Positions 1-9,368 of a DNA stretch of 64,000 nucleotides are shown here, one piece after another. Location: assembly GCA_044440125.1 (NCBI GenBank), contig JBITAJ010000015.1:224001-288000 (forward strand). The letters run 5' to 3'. The notes below the pieces were generated by a model. The model was given only the letters and a program-made list of their open reading frames with translations. It had not been told where the DNA came from and searched no databases. The stretch is from Sedimentisphaeraceae bacterium JB056 (GTDB lineage Bacteria; Planctomycetota; Phycisphaerae; Sedimentisphaerales; Sedimentisphaeraceae). The position numbers and the translations under genes are program-made. How positions within the stretch are numbered: position 1 is the stretch's first letter; the number at the start of each line of letters is the position of its first letter.

Positions 1-580
1 ACCTGTATTCAAACGCCTTTGTGCTTGTGACTCTATTGTTGTTCTGATTGATATCCCATCATTGCTTGCAGGTGGTGTAGGACGTTATAACGATAACAGG
101 CAGATGCTGCACGACCTTTTTGACGTTCTAAGGGATGATTCATGGATTGGCTCCAAGTTGTTAAAAGTACTGAAGTTCTGGCATCCTAAGCTTAAAAGAA
201 TAGCTTTTGTTGCCTCAAAGGCTGATTTGGTGGCTGTTGATGATGTTTATAATGACAGGCTTGACTCTCTATTGCGTCAGATGAGTACCAGGGCAACACG
301 TTTGCTCCCTGGAGTAGACTCGGGATGGTTTGTTTGCAGTGCGTGCCATTCTACACGAAAAGGCAAAAAGGACAACTCTTTAATCGGACAGCCTGTGCAT
401 GGTAATCCCAACCACGAGGAGATGGAATTTGAAGTTTCAAGACTTCCCGAGCATTGGCCCGCTCAATGGCAAAGTGGGGAGTATAAGTTTTACCGTGTCT
501 ATCCAAATGCAAGCGGTAATATACAGATACCTCCGGAAAGTTTTGGACTCGAAGGGATAATGAACTTTTTACTTTCTTGA
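1..580 (+). CDS. ycjX: YcjX-family P-loop NTPase, C-terminal part (5' end outside window)
   Basis: Frame is open from base 2. Contains 'RIAFVASKADLV' and a C-terminal 'P.HWP..W...Y.F..V.P...L..IMNFLL' pattern like YcjX, and precedes a YcjF-like gene. Confidence 0.75.
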   Translation, partial: PVFKRLCACDSIVVLIDIPSLLAGGVGRYNDNRQMLHDLFDVLRDDSWIGSKLLKVLKFWHPKLKRIAFVASKADLVAVDDVYNDRLDSLLRQMSTRATRLLPGVDSGWFVCSACHSTRKGKKDNSLIGQPVHGNPNHEEMEFEVSRLPEHWPAQWQSGEYKFYRVYPNASGNIQIPPESFGLEGIMNFLLS

Positions 581-621
581 TTGTCCAATATCATATACTG
601 TAAAAGCGAGTTTGGAAAATT

Positions 622-1788
622 ATGAAACAGGAAGAAAATGACAAAAATACCCGTCTTGGCGATCCTCTCGATAGAGATGAGGATTCTTCTGCGCATTCAG
701 GTAAAGAGTCTTTGTCGCAACGTTCTGGAGACAATGGACTTGGGCAGCCGGATCCTGTGGTAAAAGATGCCAGGGTTATATCTGATCAGGAAAAACAGGA
801 GTACCGTGAGCAGACGGATGCGCAGTTGCGTTTGCAATTTGAGCAGAAACTCCAGGATATGCAGCAATTCACGAAATCATGGGAATTACCAGGTGGAATA
901 AAGAGGTTTTTGGCATGGATACTTTTCTTTATCGGAGCAATTTCAGGGGTTTTTATTGTCAATCAAGGTGTTAGCTTCTTGTCTAATATAAACTCTCTTG
1001 CCCAGCCATATAAGACAATAGCTATTTCTGCTATGGTGTTTTTCAGTATTGTACTCTTCGCTATTATTGTTTCGCTTTTCTGGGCAGGTTTTAAGATGAA
1101 GCGTCTTAAGCCTTTCGATATCAAGCCTTTAAGGGTTCTGCAGCAGCGTGAAGATATGCGACGGTTCGCACAAGAGAAACAAGAAGAAGCCAGAGATATT
1201 TTTAAGGAGTATCTTAAAAGCTATTCATTGAATAGAAAAAATGCTAAGCTGCTCATAAGGGCGGGGTTAAACACAAATGAGATTGAGTCTCTTGCGGCTG
1301 TGCGGGAGAAACTGTTGGATAAGAACAAGCCGCTTTCATCGAACCAATGGCTTGACATGTTTGGTGACAGTTGGCAATCGGTTCTCGACAGAGCGGCCGA
1401 TCGAAGAATAAAGGACTATTCCATAAAAGCGGGTTTTGGTACAGCAGCTTCGCCTGTCGCGTTTGTCGATCAGATGGTTGTTATGTACAGTTGTTTTGCC
1501 ATGCTTAAAGATATAATGAAAATATACAATCTCCGTCCTGCTTTTGGGCAGACTGTCGTTGTACTTTCCAGAAGTATAATTAATATATACCTTAGTGGTA
1601 TGATTGAAAATGCGACTGAGGGCTCTGCTAATAGTGTTGCTGACTATATAAGAGAGCATTGCGGAAAGATTGCCGGAGGTGCCGGACGTATAGCCGGAGC
1701 AAAGGTTGCTGAGGCGGCAATAAATGGTTTGCTTTTATACAATCTTGGCAAGCGGGCAAAGAAAATGCTGCAGCCAATGATACGATAA
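622..1788 (+). CDS. ycjF: YcjF-family (DUF697) membrane protein
   Basis: Two TM helices, then 'TAASPVAFVDQMVV...IYNLRP' and 'AEAAINGLLLYNLGKRA..MLQP', typical of DUF697. Adjacent to ycjX. Confidence 0.75.
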   Translation: MKQEENDKNTRLGDPLDRDEDSSAHSGKESLSQRSGDNGLGQPDPVVKDARVISDQEKQEYREQTDAQLRLQFEQKLQDMQQFTKSWELPGGIKRFLAWILFFIGAISGVFIVNQGVSFLSNINSLAQPYKTIAISAMVFFSIVLFAIIVSLFWAGFKMKRLKPFDIKPLRVLQQREDMRRFAQEKQEEARDIFKEYLKSYSLNRKNAKLLIRAGLNTNEIESLAAVREKLLDKNKPLSSNQWLDMFGDSWQSVLDRAADRRIKDYSIKAGFGTAASPVAFVDQMVVMYSCFAMLKDIMKIYNLRPAFGQTVVVLSRSIINIYLSGMIENATEGSANSVADYIREHCGKIAGGAGRIAGAKVAEAAINGLLLYNLGKRAKKMLQPMIR

Positions 1789-1822
1789 TGATTAATTAAG
1801 TGAAGATGCAACAGGGAATTTG

Positions 1823-2455
1823 ATGAGTGACAGAAAAGAATTTAGCTGGTTTGAGATAGCGACAGAACTCAAAACTATTTCGCAAGCCGGTAAAACTTTC
1901 GCAAAAGATGAATATGAATTAAAGCGACACTTGAGGATTGAAGAGATAACGGCTTCTATTCTTGCTAAGCATACTAATGTTGATTATGAGCAGGCATTGG
2001 CAATGCTGCAAGACGATTGCGGCTATCCTACACCGAAAACCGATAGTAGAGGTGCTGTTTTTCGTGATGATAAAATCTTGTTAGTAAAAGAGATAGAAGA
2101 TGGCGGCTGGACATTGCCGGGCGGGTGGTGTGATGTTGGAATGACTCCGGCAGAGAATGTTGTAAGGGAAATTTGGGAAGAGTCAGGGTTTGAAACAAAG
2201 GCGGTGAAGCTCATTGCAATCCTTGACAGGCGAACACAGGGACACTTACCTCCGTACCCGTTTGATATATACAAAATGTTCTTTTTGTGTGAAATAACAG
2301 GCGGTGAGGCCAAAACGAGCATAGAAACAAGTGAAGTGGCATTTTTTAGTGAAAGCCAGATACCTGAGCTTTCGCATTCGAGAACGCAGCTTCATCAGAT
2401 AGAAATGTGTTTTGAGCATTACCGAAACAGAGATTTACCTACTGTTTATGATTGA
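1823..2455 (+). CDS. NUDIX hydrolase with N-terminal Nudix_N domain (ADP-ribose pyrophosphatase-like)
   Basis: Nudix box GGWCDVGMTPAENVVREIWEESG and GYPTPK motif. Confidence 0.9.
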   Translation: MSDRKEFSWFEIATELKTISQAGKTFAKDEYELKRHLRIEEITASILAKHTNVDYEQALAMLQDDCGYPTPKTDSRGAVFRDDKILLVKEIEDGGWTLPGGWCDVGMTPAENVVREIWEESGFETKAVKLIAILDRRTQGHLPPYPFDIYKMFFLCEITGGEAKTSIETSEVAFFSESQIPELSHSRTQLHQIEMCFEHYRNRDLPTVYD

Positions 2456-2654
2456 TTAGTATTATAGCTCCAAGTTGTTTTCTTAGTATAAATTCAATGG
2501 TCATTCATTTCTGTTGATAGATAAGTTTAAAACAGCTATGTTGGGCAGTATTCAGTGTTTAATACTTGATTTTTAGATGTTTAGATAGTATGATAATCGA
2601 GTGTGATTATAAAAAGACAGCTCATATTTTTAAGAGAATTACCGGAAGGCAAGG

Positions 2655-4517
2655 ATGTGCGGTAAATTAAACTTTAATCTTTCTTTGGCTCTCAAAGCAA
2701 GTATTCTTTGTATTCTCGCTTCGATGAGTTTATTTTGCGGCTGCAGTGGTGAATTAGCGGACCTCATGGATGATGGCCCGACTGCTACAGAAGCTAAAAT
2801 AATTCTTGATAAAGGATCCGAGATACGTGCTACTCCTGATGTAAGCAACCCGCTTCCAGAGGTTTACAGGAAAGATCCTGAAATTCTTAAGACCTCTAAA
2901 GGCTGGAAGCTTTTCTATTACGCCCGTAATCATTCACCCAAAACGCTTGAATCTATACTTAAAGGGCAACTCAAGAATTCGGTAAGTGTTGCGGATGATA
3001 CCAATCAGCTCATAATAAACTGCGCTGATCAGGCTGATGTAGATCAGGTGCTTGCATATCTTGACAGTATTGACATTGCTCCCATTCAGGTAAAGATTGA
3101 CTGCATAGTGGTTGAGAACTATGCGGATGTTACTATGGACAGAGAAACTCAAGTCAAAGTAGGGGATATAGCGGGTGATGCCGGCTTGATTATTGAGGGT
3201 CCAGATAATGGTTGGGGCACTTTCCCAGGTGCATCAATAAGAGAGTCTCGCCGAGTTGATATGGGCATGAGTGTTGGTTACAACAGTAATGATCTTAAGT
3301 TTCTTGTCGATATGCTTGTATCCCGAGGTTATTTAAAGGTTTTAATGAATCCGACTGTTGAGACAGTTACAGGTAAAACAGCAACAGTAACTTCTTTGGA
3401 TAAAATGCCTATAATCGAGACGGTTACTGATAATAAGACCCGGACAATATATGATCTGACGAAGTATAAAGATATTGTTGATTCGCTTAAGGCTACTCCG
3501 GTGGTATTTGCTGATGGTTCGGTAAGTCTTACTTGTGAAGTGCAGTTAAGTTCCAAGAATACGCCTGAAGGTGTAGCTCAACTGCCGATTGTTACAGAAA
3601 AAACTATAAATCTTGGTTCAACAAGACTTGAGCCGGGAAAAAGCCTTGTAGTGGGCGGTTTCCGAAAATCTGAAAAGAGTTCAGTTATAAGAGGATTTCC
3701 TTTTCTAAAAGATATACCTATAATTGGTATTGTTTTTTCGAGCAGAGATTTTGAGGAACGTGCCAAGGAAATAACTTTTATTCTTACGCCAAGTATTTCT
3801 ACCGGCGGTACTCCTTATAGTGAGATGCTTGAGAATATGGCTAAGGATCAATTTAACCAAAGCGATCCAAATGATATTAAGGCAGCTATAAACAAAGTGT
3901 TTACAGATCCTTTTGGAAAAGGGGCTTATACAGACGAAATCAATAGAAATCGTGAAACTGATTCCATAAAACGTCTTCAGGCAGAAATTAAAATTGCGGA
4001 AACAGAGCTTGAAGCTCAAAAAGCACGTGAAGAGCTTGAGGAGTATAAACAAAAGATACAACAGGAAAGCGCCTTGACTCAGAAAGCTTCTGAACAGAAA
4101 GCTGCGCATGCTAAAGAAATTGAAGAACTTGAAAAGACGATAGAAAAGCTCGATAAAGACATAGCGGCTCAAAAAGCGGAATATCAGAAGACTCTTGCTG
4201 AGACACAAAAGGAAACTGATGTAAGCAAGCAGGAAGCTGAAAAGGTTAAACAGAAGGCTTCGGAGACACAAAAGCAGCTTGAGCAGTCTAAAACAAAACT
4301 CGATGAATCGTTGAAGAAGAAGCAGTTGCTTGAGAAGGAGACAGAGAACTTGATCAAATCTCGTGAAAGTCTGCAGAAGCAAATAGCAGAGATTGAGAAG
4401 CAGATTCAAGCACTCAAGAAATCGGAATCTGAAGCTGCTGCAGAAAACGCTGTGACAGAGCAAGCTCCTGAGAAAGATGAAACAGATGATAGCAAGGAGG
4501 CTGCTGATGTTAAGTAA
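2655..4517 (+). CDS. Secretin-family (GspD/PilQ-like) lipoprotein with long C-terminal coiled coil, paralog 1
   Basis: Lipobox-like 'LFCGC', N3-like 'TNQLII...IDIAPIQVKID', secretin motif 'GFPFLKDIPIIGIVFSS...EITFILTP', then a K/E/Q-rich tail. Confidence 0.8.
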   Translation: MCGKLNFNLSLALKASILCILASMSLFCGCSGELADLMDDGPTATEAKIILDKGSEIRATPDVSNPLPEVYRKDPEILKTSKGWKLFYYARNHSPKTLESILKGQLKNSVSVADDTNQLIINCADQADVDQVLAYLDSIDIAPIQVKIDCIVVENYADVTMDRETQVKVGDIAGDAGLIIEGPDNGWGTFPGASIRESRRVDMGMSVGYNSNDLKFLVDMLVSRGYLKVLMNPTVETVTGKTATVTSLDKMPIIETVTDNKTRTIYDLTKYKDIVDSLKATPVVFADGSVSLTCEVQLSSKNTPEGVAQLPIVTEKTINLGSTRLEPGKSLVVGGFRKSEKSSVIRGFPFLKDIPIIGIVFSSRDFEERAKEITFILTPSISTGGTPYSEMLENMAKDQFNQSDPNDIKAAINKVFTDPFGKGAYTDEINRNRETDSIKRLQAEIKIAETELEAQKAREELEEYKQKIQQESALTQKASEQKAAHAKEIEELEKTIEKLDKDIAAQKAEYQKTLAETQKETDVSKQEAEKVKQKASETQKQLEQSKTKLDESLKKKQLLEKETENLIKSRESLQKQIAEIEKQIQALKKSESEAAAENAVTEQAPEKDETDDSKEAADVK

Positions 4518-6546
4518 GAAGCTTTCTATTTGTTGGTATTTAATACTGTTTTCAGTTGTTATCACGTTTATTAGTGGTTGCAGCGATGAGCTTTCAAGTA
4601 TTTTGGACGAAGATCAGACCGAGTATGATTCAAGAAGAATACTTAGTGATGCGTCTTCTATTGATAAAGATGATAATATACTTACCGATGCGCCGGATGT
4701 ATATGTTCGCCCCTCTAAGATACTTGAGACCACAGAGGGATTCAAGATATTCTATTTTGCAAAAAATAAAGAGCCCAAAGACCTGGTTGGATTGATAAAG
4801 GCTCAGATGGGTGTCAAGGCTATAAGTGCTGCTACCGGAACCAATCAGCTTATCATAAATTGCGATAATAAAGATCAGGCCAATGAGGTTATTTCTTATA
4901 TTGAAAAGGTTGATGTTCCTGCTATTCAGGTAAAAATTGAATGCATGGTTGTTGAAAATTATGCTGACTTTACTATGGATAGGGAGACCAAGGTTAAGGT
5001 TGGGGAACTTTTTGGTGATGATAATCTGATTATTACGGGTCCTGACGATGGATGGGGTTTTTTCCCGGGGGCATCTTTAAGAGAGGCAAAACGCGGCACT
5101 TACGGCATGAGTATTGGCTATAGCAGTGCTGATGTCAGCTTTTTGATAGATATGCTTTCTTCGAGAGGTTATTTGAAGGTAATGATGAACCCTATTGTTA
5201 CCACTGCGGCCAATAAGCCTGCGAAAATATTATCCAAGGATTATGTGCCTATTGTTGAGATTGTGACTGGTAAGGATATATTGCCGTATAACAAAACCGT
5301 GTACATTTGGGTTGAGGATTCTTTGACAATAACTCCAACTGTCTACGCTGACGGTTCTATTGGCCTTGCCGGTAATATAAAGTTTAGTTCTAAAAACACC
5401 CCTGAAGGTGTTGTGCAAAACCGAATAATCACTGAAAGAAGCGTTGATCTCAAAGAAACGCGTGTTCCTGTGGGTAACAGTCTGATTATTGGCGGTTTCC
5501 AGAAAAGTGAGAAATTTTCGGTAATTCGAGGCTTCCCGTTCCTCAAAGATCTTCCTCTTATAGGTTTTATGTTCTCAAGTAAGGATTTTGAAGAACGTGC
5601 CAAGGAAATAACTTTTATTATAACTCCAAGCATTGCATCAAAAGGCATCGATTTCAATGATATGGTTGATACCGTTCAGGAGATGCACCGAACCCATAGT
5701 TCCACTGAGTCGATTACTGATAAGCTTACAGGCATTGTTACCGATCCTTTCAGTGAAGGAAAATATCGCGAAAAAATGGAGGAGATGGCTGCTACTGAGA
5801 CTATTGAACGCATGAAGGCAGAGGTTGAGGCAGCTAAGACTGATAGAGAGGTTCAGCAGGCAAAACAACGTCTGGTTGAATTTGAAGCAAAACTCAAGGC
5901 TGGTGCTGAGGCTAAGAAGAAAGCACAGAGTGCTGCTAAGAGTTATTCTGAAAAGGTCAAGCAGCTTGAAGAAGCAAAGAAAAAGCTTCAAGAAGCTCAA
6001 AAGGCTACTCAGGAGAAATCTACTGCACAAATACAAGCTGCTAAGGCGGAATATGACAAGTTTGTTAAAGAGACAGAAACGCTCAAGAAAGAATTCGAAA
6101 AATATCAGGCAGAGGTAGATAAGAACACTGCTCAGCTTAAAGAATCTACAGCACAGATAAATAAACTGCTTGAGACCAAAGCCGCTATTGAGGCAGAAAA
6201 GAAACGACTACAGCAGAAGAAGGCAGAGGTTGAGAAGGCGGTTGAAGAGGCTAAGGCTAAACAGGCAGCAAGAGAGAAAGCAGCTAAAGAGAAGGCTGAG
6301 CGAGAGGCTGCTGAGGCTGCCGCTGCTAAAGCCAAAGCAGAAGCGGCAGCCAAAGAAGCTGAATCTCAGCAGGTTGAAGCAGATAAGCAAGAGAATGTCG
6401 AATCAGCAGCTCCATCAGAGCAGCCGGCTGAAGAATCTTCTGCTGAGACAGGTGGTCAGGAAGTCGAAGAACCGGCAGTTTCTCAAACTGATACTGAAGG
6501 ATCTGTAGAGACGAATAAGGCTGAGGACGTTAAATCAGCAGGTTAA
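4507..6546 (+). CDS. Secretin-family lipoprotein with coiled-coil and TolA-like Ala/Lys/Glu tail, paralog 2
   Basis: ATG 4507 follows AGGAGG and overlaps the upstream gene. Lipobox 'ISGC', secretin motif 'GFPFLKDLPLIGFMFSS...EITFIITP', tail of about 300 aa. Confidence 0.8.
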   Translation: MLSKKLSICWYLILFSVVITFISGCSDELSSILDEDQTEYDSRRILSDASSIDKDDNILTDAPDVYVRPSKILETTEGFKIFYFAKNKEPKDLVGLIKAQMGVKAISAATGTNQLIINCDNKDQANEVISYIEKVDVPAIQVKIECMVVENYADFTMDRETKVKVGELFGDDNLIITGPDDGWGFFPGASLREAKRGTYGMSIGYSSADVSFLIDMLSSRGYLKVMMNPIVTTAANKPAKILSKDYVPIVEIVTGKDILPYNKTVYIWVEDSLTITPTVYADGSIGLAGNIKFSSKNTPEGVVQNRIITERSVDLKETRVPVGNSLIIGGFQKSEKFSVIRGFPFLKDLPLIGFMFSSKDFEERAKEITFIITPSIASKGIDFNDMVDTVQEMHRTHSSTESITDKLTGIVTDPFSEGKYREKMEEMAATETIERMKAEVEAAKTDREVQQAKQRLVEFEAKLKAGAEAKKKAQSAAKSYSEKVKQLEEAKKKLQEAQKATQEKSTAQIQAAKAEYDKFVKETETLKKEFEKYQAEVDKNTAQLKESTAQINKLLETKAAIEAEKKRLQQKKAEVEKAVEEAKAKQAAREKAAKEKAEREAAEAAAAKAKAEAAAKEAESQQVEADKQENVESAAPSEQPAEESSAETGGQEVEEPAVSQTDTEGSVETNKAEDVKSAG

Positions 6547-6566
6547 GTTTCTTTTCAATATTTTGC

Positions 6567-7898
6567 TTATAATGTAAACATTTCGTAATGTATCCTGCTA
6601 TTGTCTATATCAAGTTGATGTAAACAGCTGATTACAGCATCCATCATTGGAGGCGGCCCGCAAAGATATACGTGAGCATCTCTCATTATTTCCGAGGCAT
6701 GTTTGTCTATAATGTGTTGATTTATGTATCCTTTTTCCCCGTTCCAATCTTCTGACGGATCTTTGAGTATAAATACCGTTTTGAAGTTTTCAGGTAGACT
6801 TTCAAGTTCTTCGCGGCAAATAATGTCTTTTTCTTGGTTGTTTGCATATAAAAGAGTTACAGGGCGTTTATCACCTGTTTCTCTAAGACATCTTATCATG
6901 CTTAGCGCTGGGGTTATCCCTACTCCGCCTGCAATGAATAATATTTTCTCTGCTTTATGATAGATGTAACTGAATCGTCCGAAAGGAGCTTCTATTCTGG
7001 CTTTGTCACCAAGTTTGGTTTTATTTATGGTATTAGTGAAATTGCCAGACTCTTTTATTGTTGCTTCCAGAGTACCGTCCTGCAATGGAGAGGCAGAAAT
7101 AGTGAAAGGATGAATTTCTGGTTTTTGTCCAGGACGTATAAGCTTAAGAAACATGAATTGTCCGGGATTTCTATTTATGGTTATATTTTTTTCAGGTTTT
7201 AGAGATAGAGTGTAGGTGTTATGTGTTTCCTGACTGACTTTATCTACAATATATTTCTTCCTTATAAATGGTACGATGAAGTTACGATAGCAAAATACAG
7301 CTATTGCAGAAAAGAAAATTGCGTACCAGAATACCCTTATCGCAAATGAGCTCTTTATATGCGGTCCGATAACGATGCCGTGAAAGAATGCAAAGATGAT
7401 GATGAAAATCATTGATTTGTGCAGAAAATGCCACACATTATAATCGATCTTCAGTTTTCTGAAAAACAAGGCGAAAAGTATGCCCAGCAGAAGAATCAGT
7501 AACGCTGCTTTGCCGAGATTGACTTTCCATGAGGTGCTGAAACTGAAAAGAGTCCAGCTTTTGTGATGAAGAGCTATTAATATCGGATGGGACAGCAGCA
7601 ATACAAGTGCTGTTATTGCCATTGTCTTATGAAATTTCATCACCATATCAATTCCAAATGGTCGATTGATATTCCTGAATCTGCCCGCAAGAAAAATTTG
7701 TAAGCATAAGAGATTGAAGCCGGTTAATGCTATCATGAGGGCGGTATTTACCATTAAAGGTTCATCTACTGGCGGAGAGGTCAATTTAATTATAAGAACA
7801 GGTATGATGGCAATAACGCAATATGCTATGATTAAGCATAGTCCCCATGCAGATGAATCCTGCCACCCAAGTTTAGGCTTGTATTGCTGAGGTTCCAT
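6567..7898 (-). CDS. Ferric reductase-like membrane protein fused to FAD/NAD-binding (FNR) domain
   Basis: About six TM helices with His residues. Motifs HPFTISAS, FIAGGVGITP, YLCGPPPM and C-terminal HYEMF. Confidence 0.85.
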   Translation of the reverse strand: MEPQQYKPKLGWQDSSAWGLCLIIAYCVIAIIPVLIIKLTSPPVDEPLMVNTALMIALTGFNLLCLQIFLAGRFRNINRPFGIDMVMKFHKTMAITALVLLLSHPILIALHHKSWTLFSFSTSWKVNLGKAALLILLLGILFALFFRKLKIDYNVWHFLHKSMIFIIIFAFFHGIVIGPHIKSSFAIRVFWYAIFFSAIAVFCYRNFIVPFIRKKYIVDKVSQETHNTYTLSLKPEKNITINRNPGQFMFLKLIRPGQKPEIHPFTISASPLQDGTLEATIKESGNFTNTINKTKLGDKARIEAPFGRFSYIYHKAEKILFIAGGVGITPALSMIRCLRETGDKRPVTLLYANNQEKDIICREELESLPENFKTVFILKDPSEDWNGEKGYINQHIIDKHASEIMRDAHVYLCGPPPMMDAVISCLHQLDIDNSRIHYEMFTL

Positions 7899-7921
7899 AT
7901 TCTCTCCTTTGTAACCGAGTT

Positions 7922-9343
7922 TTAATTCATATCCATCTTCATTTTTTCATGATCTTTATGACTTGTCTTATTTTGCGGCATATCGGAGGTGTCGATCTTT
8001 ATGCCGTCACGTTCAAGTTGTTCTTTTGAAGCTTTGCTGGCGACAGTCTTGTTTGGGAATTTGTATGGCCCCGGATATTCGTAGTTGTCGATGTCTTCAC
8101 GAACCATCAGTATATTGGCCATGCTTCCGAGCACCGTCTGACCGAATTGCCCCTTGTAGCCGCGCATCGGTATACTGTTTTCGGGCAATGGCATTCCTGT
8201 TCGGGTCATATCTTTCATTCCCGATGTCCCCATTGTCATGTAGCCGGGTATCAACTCCTGCATCTGTTCGTCAAAACCTTCTTTTTCAAAACCGAGCATA
8301 TTAGGGAAGCCGTGGCCCATCTGGGTCATTGTATGGTGAGTCATGTGGCAGTGAAATAACCAATCTCCCGGGTTGTCAGCAACGAATTCGACTACTTTTG
8401 CCGAACCGACCTGAACGAGAACTGTTGTCTCAGGAAGAAGTTTTGATTTATCTTCTGCCCAGCCACCGTCGCTGCCTATTATCTTAAATGCGTAGCCGTG
8501 AAGATGAATAGGGTGGTGATCCATGGCGCTGAGATTACCGTATCTTATCCATACCTTATCACCCAGTTTTGCAACAAGTGGCTGGGTTGCAGGCATTGCC
8601 TTGCCGTTCATGGTCAGTACGTTGAAGTCGGACATTTCGAGTGGGTTCGGTTTTGAGGTTCCTGCATCAATACGCCATTCGTGAAGCATTATGGAAAAAT
8701 CTCTGTCGGGGCGTTTTTCTTCATCCGGTTGGCGTTCATGCACTATTATCATTCCCGTCATTCCCATTCCCTCCTGCGTCATAGAGTCGAAATGCGGATG
8801 GTACATAAACGTTCCAGAATCGGGGAATATGAATTCGTAGACGAATGTTTCACCGGGTTGAATTGCCGGTTGAGTCAGACCGCTTACACCGTCCATGCCG
8901 CAAGGAAGCAGCACGCCGTGCCAGTGAACAGACGTTGGAGCAGGCAGCTTGTTGGTAACATATATTCTGACTTTATCGCCTTCTGCCAGCTCTATCATAG
9001 GTCCCGGTACCATGCCGTTATATCCCCAGGTTTTTATAAAAAGTCCCTCGGCTACCTGCCACTCGATAGGCTCAGCGGTGAGATGGAACACTTTGACACC
9101 GTCTTTTATTTTGTATTTTGCTTTTTGGCCGTTAGGTACGACTGCAGGTGTGTAGTCTTTAACTGGTTCACCGGGCGGTAGGTCTTGCTGTGCGGCCTGG
9201 GCCCAAGGACGCGGCGGGTCGGCCTGCGGGGGCGGCATGAGAGTTGGTGAATTCTGTCCGTTATCTTTCGCCCTGACGTAAAAAGATATAGTGCAAATTA
9301 TTAAGACTATTGTTGCGATTGTTTTTTTGTTTATATCAAACAT
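7922..9343 (-). CDS. Multicopper oxidase, secreted
   Basis: Cu ligands VHWHG, MYHPH, HPIHLHG, WLFHCHMTHHTM and a Met-rich C-terminus. ATG 9343 avoids overlap with the TolC gene and gives a signal peptide. Confidence 0.9.
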   Translation of the reverse strand: MFDINKKTIATIVLIICTISFYVRAKDNGQNSPTLMPPPQADPPRPWAQAAQQDLPPGEPVKDYTPAVVPNGQKAKYKIKDGVKVFHLTAEPIEWQVAEGLFIKTWGYNGMVPGPMIELAEGDKVRIYVTNKLPAPTSVHWHGVLLPCGMDGVSGLTQPAIQPGETFVYEFIFPDSGTFMYHPHFDSMTQEGMGMTGMIIVHERQPDEEKRPDRDFSIMLHEWRIDAGTSKPNPLEMSDFNVLTMNGKAMPATQPLVAKLGDKVWIRYGNLSAMDHHPIHLHGYAFKIIGSDGGWAEDKSKLLPETTVLVQVGSAKVVEFVADNPGDWLFHCHMTHHTMTQMGHGFPNMLGFEKEGFDEQMQELIPGYMTMGTSGMKDMTRTGMPLPENSIPMRGYKGQFGQTVLGSMANILMVREDIDNYEYPGPYKFPNKTVASKASKEQLERDGIKIDTSDMPQNKTSHKDHEKMKMDMN

Positions 9344-9368
9344 TAATGTTTCCCTTTGTTGCTTTTTA

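Noticed and set aside
3705..4565. 286-aa minus-strand ORF (also 5638-6036 and 6132-6353)
   Set aside because: Leu/Phe-rich antisense shadows of the K/E-rich coiled-coil codons of the secretin genes.
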